Source: Sphaeroforma arctica JP610 (taxonomy: Eukaryota). From it: DNA of 35,355 bases. Positions 26,594 through 35,355 of the stretch are shown piece by piece (within the stretch, counting starts at the first letter, position 1; every line of letters begins with the position of its first letter). The notes beneath the pieces are model-generated. The model saw only the letters and a list, made by a program, of their open reading frames with translations. It did no database searches and had not been told where the DNA came from. The translations under genes were made by a program, and so were the position numbers. Location: the NCBI RefSeq assembly GCF_001186125.1, contig NW_014040497.1, positions 138,293 to 173,647 on the forward strand, given 5' to 3'.

Positions 26594-27352
26594 TCACGTC
26601 AATATGAAATCCACTTCCCGAAGATGGCGATTCTTATCCGTCGCAGTAATCAAGGCTCCCCCATATACCTTCTTCATTACGAGGGCCATCCTATGAGCAC
26701 GACAACCCATAGTGACATGTTCTGTGAGATTCATTGCTGCTTGAACATTCGAAGCATTATCAGGCGTCGCACTATCAATCACCTGTTTAGGATGCAGCCA
26801 TACAGAATCATTCTCACCTAAGACACCAATTCTAAAAGACATTGTTCTTAGAATCCCCCATTCTCTAAAAACTTGCACCTGCCATTCTGCAAGGTTTATG
26901 GCCGAATGAGAACCTACCACCTCTTTCAATCCTAAGAATGCCGATATTCTGATAGGTCGTGATCCAACAGGGGCAGGTTCATACAAATGTAAGATGCTAC
27001 CGAGGTAATTAGTGCCGGTAGCACCTTTCCATAAATCATTCTCTAGACTAGCAAAAGGGAGTTTGTAATATCGTAGAGCGTCTCTCCATTTGTTCAATAT
27101 TACATCTCTAATAGATTTCACTAATATTGTTAGATACTTTCTCAGAGTTTCCGGAGCACCAGGGTTGTAACTGAAGTGTGCAGTGGTTGGTACTGCGACT
27201 GCAGTAGCCAACCATTCTATAAAATGAGCCTGCCTCCCAAAGGTGAAAAGAAGATCGCATGAAGCCACACAACGAGCCCAATGTAGGTCGGCAAGTTTCT
27301 TAGGCGTATTGTATTGGACTTGTGACGGTCGATTCGGGGTTACTTTTATTTG
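26594..27352 (-). mobile_element. Truncated hAT-superfamily transposase fragment
   Basis: SLENDLWKG...YLGSILH matches the first catalytic Asp (DxW). TPDNASNV matches the second Asp (TDNA). CRAHRMAL matches CxxH. The frame is open upstream to ~27352. No C-terminal Glu or dimerisation region is seen. Confidence 0.85.
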
Positions 27353-27469
27353 CTATGTGAGTCATAAATTTTGTTTTCAATAAGAAACTTATTTAAGAAA
27401 CGCGAAGACCGGGCCCTGTGGGGCGTGAGTCCGCGTGAGCCACGTAGGAAAATAACAGTGGTGAGTGGA

Positions 27470-27702
27470 TAATGACTTCTTAATCGACTTCTTAATCAAG
27501 AAATGTCTTGTTTTTCATATTACGGGATCATCCCGTTATTCCATATTCCTTATTCGAAGTGTGTTGACTTCTTAATTCATTCCATATTCCTTATTTAAGT
27601 TATGTTGACTTCTAAATTTAAGGTATGTTGACTTCTTAATTCTTATTTCTTATTAAGAACTGCGTGATTTCTTAATCTTACAAAATTCTTAATTAAGCTC
27701 TA
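27470..27702. repeat. Array of GACTTCTTAAT / TTCCATATTCCTTATT motifs, probable hAT subterminal repeats; related TTAAGAA array at ~26157-26407
   Basis: Many TTCTTAAT copies. The array ends in ...TTAATTAAGCTCTA, whose reverse complement TAGAGC... resembles a hAT terminus. Confidence 0.6.
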
Positions 27703-27856
27703 AAAAATTCCAAAATTCAATTTGTCTTCGACCCATATTTATTAATTTCTGAAATCCGGAATTGTGTCATATTATGTATTTCTTTAAATAATTACGGCTA
27801 TTTTCGCTCTTCATATTTTTTTTCTTCGAAATTATGTGATGTATGGTCTGATTCAA

Positions 27857-29171
27857 CACCAGTGCCAAACAAACCCGGAGACTCTCCGGGTTTCGAGGTA
27901 CTTTTTTTTTGCCGTTACTTTTGAAGTTTTGATGTCAAGACGTAAATAACTAAATATTCTAAAAATGTAAATAACGCATGCGATTTGTTGTCATCGAAAT
28001 GCTGTCTATGGGACATGGGTTGTGAAGACAGTTTTTCGATCGAGTGAATATTTTGTGACTTACACGGTGAGATAGTTAGAAGTATTATAGGTCTCACAAT
28101 TATAGAACTGTACACCTATTTTTCGGTACAATGAGTGCACACCGAGGACGCACACTGGGCGTTAAACCCTATAGTGTTGTTAGAACTAGTGCGCAGATTT
28201 CGAATATACAATCCATACACCATAAGTGTACTGTCTGCGCACACGATGTTGCATCAGCAGCTGATGTTCAGATATGCACAGCTTGCAAAAATACAATGCA
28301 CGACAGCTGTAGTATAGATAGGTTTGATAATAGCACAGGAGGATAGGGTTTTACGTGTAATAATTGTCTTAATTGCCAAGTGTGTGGAACTGTCACTAGT
28401 GGTGTACATTCGTGCATACGATTGCTACATTCACACAATCAGGTGCTCAACAGGCAAACCTGCTCAGGCAGGGTTCGGAAATTTAGTTGTATGCCACAAG
28501 TGTGGGGAGACGGCCGAGGTATAACCATACTTAAGGAATGTGGAGTGTTTTAGGGTTTGGGTGAACGGGGGGTTTTTTTGGCGAATTCACAGAACGTCCA
28601 TTCATTTGATTCGATCCATTTATTACAGTTATAACAGGGCTGGTCACTCACAAACGACCCAATTGTAGTTTGTTGCTTTCAGGACGTGTAGTTATTAGTT
28701 TGTTTAGTATTGTATACAACTATACATACATACTGTTGTGTACACTCACACTATTTTATCGAAATAAATACTGATTTACAAATTTTCAACTCACAACGTC
28801 AAAAAAAATAACAAGAGTCTATGACAACGTGTATAATTTTACTTTTTTTTCTGTTCTAGATTGATAGTCTAAACTTGAGACCTGATTATACAGAATCCAA
28901 AATAAAAATGAAATTTGGCCACAAGAGCATCCAAAAATTATTTTATAAAATAGAACCAATGAGATATTCTCATTTATTTTGAAGTAGGAATTTATGAAAC
29001 ACGGAGAAACAGACGTTCTCCGCCGCTCCGGGGTTTGCTATGACTCATCATCTACTGAGACTTTGTACTGTTAGCGGGTCAAATCAAAATAGTTACTCCT
29101 GGTACAAACTGTACTGAAAATACCAAACCCGGAGAGTATCCGCCTCTCCGGGGTTGCTTTTGGCACTGGTG
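27857..29171. mobile_element. Non-autonomous TIR-bounded DNA element (~1.3 kb)
   Basis: Perfect 13 bp inverted termini CACCAGTGCCAAA, extending imperfectly over ~40-50 bp including the CCCGGAGA..TCTCCGGG palindrome. No TSD found. Confidence 0.7.
28131..28524 (+). pseudogene. Decayed tandem PHD-type zinc-finger ORF
   Basis: CTVC..CTAC..HDSC..(TAG 28344-28346)..FTCNNC is a C4HC3 pattern. It is followed at once by CQVC..C..(frameshift)..HTIRC..VCHKC. Confidence 0.65.
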
Positions 29172-29264
29172 ACATTGGTAATTGATTTTTAAAATAGATA
29201 AATAATAGAACCCCCCCCCATCTAACTCCTCCTTGCTGTGAGTTTTTGACGTTTGTGCGCACGC

Positions 29265-29341
29265 CAGACAGGCATACACTGACACGGTGACGGTAGTCGG
29301 TAGCAGACAGGCATACACTGACACGGTGACGGTAGTCGGTA
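29265..29341 (+). repeat. 39 bp tandem duplication
   Basis: CAGACAGGCATACACTGACACGGTGACGGTAGTCGGTA starts at 29265 and again at 29304. Confidence 0.95.
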
Positions 29342-32184
29342 CACAGTATGTAAAACATACGTCAACTACAGGAAGTTTTTCTAAATAAAACAGCTTTTAC
29401 CAGATCAGCATGTCACACGTGTTGTATTGTAATTTGTAGGCCATCGCAGCTTCGATATTTGCTTTTCATTTGTTTAAAAAAAAAACATAAAAATAGATTT
29501 TCTAAAATACATATTTACTGAAGCGGTGTCTGTATTTTTAGTTTTATACCGTGTATATAATAATGTGTATTTTGTTTTTGTTTTAAAACAAAAAAATATG
29601 TAGTGAGGACTGATGACTCATGAGGACGATGACTCATGAGGACTCAGGAGTGACACTCCTGGACCTGAAGGCTGATCAGTGATCAGTGATCAGTGGTCAC
29701 TCCTAGTAGCCGCCGGTTCAACCGTTGTTCCGAGTTTATACTCTCTATACTCTCTATAGTCATACCATCACCGATTCACCGCGTGTCTAATAAAAGTGGA
29801 AAAAGTAATAAAACTGATACACTGAAAGATAAAATTGTCGCCATGGATTAGTTGAGCAGTTTTGTTTTAAAAAAAATCATTTTTTCATGACTTTATAAAA
29901 AATGACTTAAATTTTGTTGTTGTCTTCTTCTAAATTTGTGTGTTTTTTAAAAAAACAAAAAAAAACCTTGTCCACTTTTGACTTTTCAGTTTCTCAGGCT
30001 AGGCACTGGAAAATGGACACGGGTCACTGAGTCACAGACCACCACCCCAGCAGGGGCCCAGACCCTCAGAGTGAGAGCATTTATTATAAAACTATACAAA
30101 AAAAAACTATACAAAAAGTGGATGTATGTTTAAATAAATATTCATGTATTTTTGAGAAAAAAAATAACAATCTATTTTGACTATTTTCCTAGCTCCCACC
30201 GCCGACGCCCGATGGTTGTGACTTTTGACTTTTTTAAATTGTGAGTCGACTTCTATGTTCTTGGAGACTCTACTTCTAATCTTCTTGGAGCCAAATGGAG
30301 GCGGGCTGGAGCCTGGAGAATCATTGTGTGTATAACATAATGATTTTAAATGACAGTGTGTGTGAGATACATATTTACTTGTGTGACGTGTGAGTGTGCG
30401 TTGTGACTTGTGAGATGTGACTTGTGACTCGTGAGTTGTGACAACTGACATGTCGTCATAACGAAATGTGATGTCTACTTCAATATTTACTTGTGCCTAT
30501 AATTTTATATGCAACAGCCTTATAACTTGCATACCGATAGAGAATTAGAGGTGTGACTAGTTGACTACTGACTAGTAAAGAGAGAGTGACTATGTACCAC
30601 TGTTCCACTCGTTCAACAGTTCCAGTCTTCCAGTACCAGGCCAATCTCTCAAAGTACTCTTGACTCACACTCTTTACTCTACAGAGTATTGGCTACTCTA
30701 CTTTACTCTATATTCTTGTAGTTTAACTAACATCCAATAGAATATGTACCTTTGTACATTAGGTATGTTCCTCCTATCACGTATAGCCTTCTAAAATCCA
30801 AATGTTTCATTTAGAAGGCTATGTATTTTTAACATTGTAACTATGTATGTATCACGGGGACACGCCGAGTCGCGACACGGGCTCATCACCCGCCTCACCG
30901 TTCACGTCACTTTTGCAACTTGCCCTGCCTTCATTGTTTTTAAAAACAAATGATACATAATAAAATACAACTAAATAGATTATGTACAGTAGATTGTATT
31001 GCTTTGTTGAAAAAATAGTGTATTTATTTAGAAACGCAGAGCACCCTCGCCCTTGGGCCTGAGAGGCTCGGCCTCGGGGTACATACTACATACTACATAC
31101 CTCTCTCTCTTTAGAGAGAGAGAGAGAGTCCTACTCTATTACTACGACCCCCGCTCCTAAAACTTTTTTTAATACGTCACTAACTCACTGTACCGGATAG
31201 GAAGATACCCACATAGCCACGACCCACGTACCACCGTCCACGCCGCACGGTCACACGGACACATTCTTAATGTCATTCATAGTCATCAGTCGTCACATGT
31301 GTGACGGTATGTAGTCGGTAACTAGTACTCTACTACTCGGTAGTCGGTACATACTCACTATGTTTTTGGCATTTGTATATATTTATATATATATATATAT
31401 ATATATTCCTTCTCTCTCTACTAATAGCTAGAGGAATAGAGTAAAGAGGGACACAACCTTCTAAATTGGAACAGGCTATATGAGATGGTCATGAACTCAA
31501 TGATATTTTGATGTTTTGTGGCGAAAGGTTGCAGAATGCAGACTGAGACAGTGAGACCTGGTCTTGCAGAGACTTGTAGAGTTATAGACTTCTTGCAGGA
31601 GTCGCAACACTATTTTTACATTTTTTTTTTAAAAAGAGCTGGTTATTTATGAGTATCAGGCATGAGCAATGAGGCATGAGGGATTGAACTCTGGTGAAGT
31701 ACAAGCCACTGGCTCAGGGTGGGTGGTATTATATGCACAGATGTGGCCTCCCGAGTTCCGCCCCCTCTTCATAATTAATGATTGACAACTGGCATGGTGT
31801 AGCTGTGTACGGTGTAGCAGTCCTTTACAGTGCCAACTATAAAGGTTCAAACCATAAAACTACATACTGTATATAAGAGCAATTGCTACAAAAACATACA
31901 TCTCTATAAATAAAAAAGTCAAGTCTCCAGAAACACTGGTGGGGTTGTCCGTTGGCACTTGGCAGAGGCCTTGCAGTGAGCCAGACCCAGAGGGCAGCGA
32001 CTAGACTTACACAGCCAGAGGTTCATATTTCGGGCTACATATTTAATATCGATTTTACTACATATATTTATATTCTTCGCATTTAGTTTGTATTTACAAA
32101 AGCTTCGATCATCTATGAGAATGTTCGTGGCAGAATTTAAAAAAAAGTATACGATAATAATAACAAGAACAATAATGATATATA

Positions 32185-33182
32185 NNNNNNNNNNNNNNNN
32201 NNNNNNNNNNNNNNNNNNNNNNNNNNNNNNNNNNNNNNNNNNNNNNNNNNNNNNNNNNNNNNNNNNNNNNNNNNNNNNNNNNNNNNNNNNNNNNNNNNNN
32301 NNNNNNNNNNNNNNNNNNNNNNNNNNNNNNNNNNNNNNNNNNNNNNNNNNNNNNNNNNNNNNNNNNNNNNNNNNNNNNNNNNNNNNNNNNNNNNNNNNNN
32401 NNNNNNNNNNNNNNNNNNNNNNNNNNNNNNNNNNNNNNNNNNNNNNNNNNNNNNNNNNNNNNNNNNNNNNNNNNNNNNNNNNNNNNNNNNNNNNNNNNNN
32501 NNNNNNNNNNNNNNNNNNNNNNNNNNNNNNNNNNNNNNNNNNNNNNNNNNNNNNNNNNNNNNNNNNNNNNNNNNNNNNNNNNNNNNNNNNNNNNNNNNNN
32601 NNNNNNNNNNNNNNNNNNNNNNNNNNNNNNNNNNNNNNNNNNNNNNNNNNNNNNNNNNNNNNNNNNNNNNNNNNNNNNNNNNNNNNNNNNNNNNNNNNNN
32701 NNNNNNNNNNNNNNNNNNNNNNNNNNNNNNNNNNNNNNNNNNNNNNNNNNNNNNNNNNNNNNNNNNNNNNNNNNNNNNNNNNNNNNNNNNNNNNNNNNNN
32801 NNNNNNNNNNNNNNNNNNNNNNNNNNNNNNNNNNNNNNNNNNNNNNNNNNNNNNNNNNNNNNNNNNNNNNNNNNNNNNNNNNNNNNNNNNNNNNNNNNNN
32901 NNNNNNNNNNNNNNNNNNNNNNNNNNNNNNNNNNNNNNNNNNNNNNNNNNNNNNNNNNNNNNNNNNNNNNNNNNNNNNNNNNNNNNNNNNNNNNNNNNNN
33001 NNNNNNNNNNNNNNNNNNNNNNNNNNNNNNNNNNNNNNNNNNNNNNNNNNNNNNNNNNNNNNNNNNNNNNNNNNNNNNNNNNNNNNNNNNNNNNNNNNNN
33101 NNNNNNNNNNNNNNNNNNNNNNNNNNNNNNNNNNNNNNNNNNNNNNNNNNNNNNNNNNNNNNNNNNNNNNNNNNNNNNNNNN
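32185..33182. other. Assembly gap (N run)
   Basis: Run of N. Confidence 0.99.
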
Positions 33183-34007
33183 TATGCTCAAAACTAGCAC
33201 AATCATGTGATACTACCACAAGTCCTTGCCAATGGTTGAACTAGCGTGTGTTATTCGTAGCGTACATCGTGTCCCTGTGAGCAAACCGAAGCGTTGACAT
33301 CGCCGTAAACAGGCAGCACAGAAATTAATTATGCTCATTTCTATCCCTGGTAGCGAACTGATATTAGATATTCCTTTGTTGTGAAGAACTTATAGCGGAG
33401 TCGCTTCCTTCGAGGTTATTTGAGCCATAATTGCATATTTCCATTGTAAATGGATATAAAGGTAGCAGTGGAGGTGAAGTATATGCTCATTAGGGATGGG
33501 AATTCAGGGCAACTACTGGTACAGCTATACCATGTACCTAAAAGTGCAGTGAATGGTACGAGGTAGGTTGGTATATAGGTGACGTGTGTATTAGAGAGAT
33601 ATGGGGATGCAATATTATATAGCGTACATATTAGCAAATGATATATTGAGTATATAGGGTTTATGACTGGTCCTAGGTGTGTGGGGAGTCTAGTTTAGAA
33701 TCAAGGAGATATACGCTTTGTTTATGGAGAGAGTGGCCAGTGATTAGAGGCTATGGACTAAGAGAGGGGGTACTCTATTATAGACGAGTATGATGAGAGT
33801 ATGACTTTGGCTACTTGTGTCGGGATGTATGGAGTTTACTGGCGCAGGCAGAAAATTTATAGTACATTTAAAGGGTAGTAGGGAGTAAAATAAGTAGATA
33901 TATATAGTGGTAGAAAGCGCACAAGGTGCGTTTCTAAGTAGGTATAGGGTATATGTTGTTTATTTATTGATATAGGGAGGGTAGAAGTAATATTGAAATA
34001 GGTCATT

Positions 34008-34136
34008 GGGGATGTCCCATGGCGTAGTTGGATGATGCTTCCCCACGTAAGGCGCCGTCTCTCGGTAAGGAGAGCAGATCAGTCGAGCCCTGTTAGATTG
34101 AATCCCTACGGGGACCACCCCTTATGGGGACACCCC
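34008..34136. ncRNA. Candidate structured RNA / nested inverted-repeat element of unknown class
   Basis: Nested complementarity: 34008-34020 with 34124-34136, 34040-34052 with 34104-34114, and hairpin 34059-34074. Confidence 0.3.
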
Positions 34137-34269
34137 GGTAACCCAGGTTCAGTAAGACTATGTCCTGTCATATAAATAGACGATAGGGCGATATTTAATC
34201 GTGATATACTGAGTATTGAAGATCAAACTTATTCTATTTGTTTTTTTAAAATACAACACCCAAAAAAAC

Positions 34270-35208
34270 AAAACAAAAAGAAATGTAAATTGAGGCATTT
34301 TATTATTGTTGGAAGCTGCAGACTGTAGAGAGGAGGCAACAAGGAATTCAAAAATCAATCTGAAGTTGATCAGTTGCCTCTCCGCGCCTATAACTTCAGC
34401 AGCATATCTTACTTTAGCTATAAGTTAACCGTATATTCGTATTGTATGCTAAATATGTACCATGAAATTGCTGCTCGAATCACTCTATGAACGTAGTGTA
34501 GGTTTCCAATTTACCCTACAAAAAATCATGTACATACCCGCCTTTCCGGGATATGTATATATTTTGTATACATATTTAGTCATAGCCTCCTAAATTGTGC
34601 AATAGTCTTTTGTTTTTTATAATTTGAGGTTTTTTATAGAGAAAACAAAAACAAAACAACAAAATCAGTTGAAAGTTGAAACGTGGTTGTTTTTTTTCGT
34701 TGCTAGGACAAGTGCGTATCGTCCGTACTTTATTTTTAGATTTGTGATATTCCGAATATCTGATATCTATGTGGTATGTACGACTTCCTCTTTCAGAATC
34801 ATGATAGTGAGATATTCGAAATCACAGTTCACAATTCTTTTTTAATTTTTTATAAGACGTAATTATGCATAAAATACTGCTTCTGGCGACATGCACAACT
34901 AACCTCCAGCTGAGTACTGCGAGGACGTCCCGATAAATCGTATATACTAGTGTATCATACCTCTTGAGTAGGTATCGTTCGAGACTGCGGTAGGAACCAA
35001 TTTCTTGCAAGCTTACACATTGTAAATCGACTATCCTTTGATAGGCTTGCGGTCCATTTCCGAACTCGCTCGATAAAAGGCTTGTTGTGACCGCTGCAAT
35101 ATCATTCGACATAGCTATTGAAGTCGAACAGACTTTCTGAAAAAGGAGACCAAATTTTGCCCTACGTTTAACGAATGAAAATCGAAGTTCTTTGCAATTG
35201 TCGACAAG
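34270..35208 (-). CDS. Probable internal exons (~35208-34904 and 34407 onward) of an unidentified gene or pseudogene entering from the right edge
   Basis: A ~100 aa protein-like frame ends at TGGAG|GTTAGT. It joins in phase to AG|ATATGCT..., giving LSWR|YAAEVIGAERQLINFRLIFEFL. No recognisable motif. Confidence 0.35.
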
Positions 35209-35355
35209 TACTCGTATCAAATATGATTAGAAAGTTGCTGGTTGTGCTACTGGCTGCATGCGTGTCGGTATGCGCAGAAGGTATGGTAAATTCAGATGTC
35301 TCCCAAGAGGTAGTCGGATATCAGGATATATGGACTACAACATCTATAACAGATT

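Noticed and set aside
28344..28346. In-frame TAG in the PHD ORF as readthrough or an alternative genetic code
   Set aside because: All four host genes end in TAG, and the ORF also has a frameshift, so decay is the simpler explanation.
29605..29650. CTGATGA followed by a short stem, resembling a hammerhead ribozyme core
   Set aside because: There is no GAAA core or stems I/III, and a local 16 bp duplication explains it.
34013..34117. Canonical tRNA gene (A-box-like start, GTA triplet)
   Set aside because: No proper anticodon stem and no GTTCRA B-box. Kept only as a candidate structured RNA.

Overview
Eukaryotic, intron-rich draft genomic sequence with three N-gaps. The gene style and abundant (CA)n/(TA)n suggest a unicellular opisthokont such as an ichthyosporean, which is only a tentative guess. 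The left 25 kb holds four spliced genes that I rebuilt by hand with consistent intron phases: IBA57/CAF17 (+, 8 exons), exosome subunit EXOSC6/MTR3 (+, 6 exons), MLH3 (-, 14 exons) and an alpha-arrestin (-, 14 exons). The right 10 kb is gene-poor and repeat-derived. It contains a truncated hAT transposase flanked by TTAAGAA-motif arrays, a ~1.3 kb TIR-bounded element carrying a decayed tandem PHD-finger ORF, CpG-free patches full of short tandem duplications, a candidate ~130 nt structured RNA beside a strand-skewed tract, and probable exons of an unidentified gene. The best leads are the PHD-carrying TIR element, the candidate structured RNA, the CpG-erosion/micro-duplication signature, and splicing oddities (GC-AG intron, 20 nt micro-exon, duplicated decoy acceptor). 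All calls are by eye; no searches were run.
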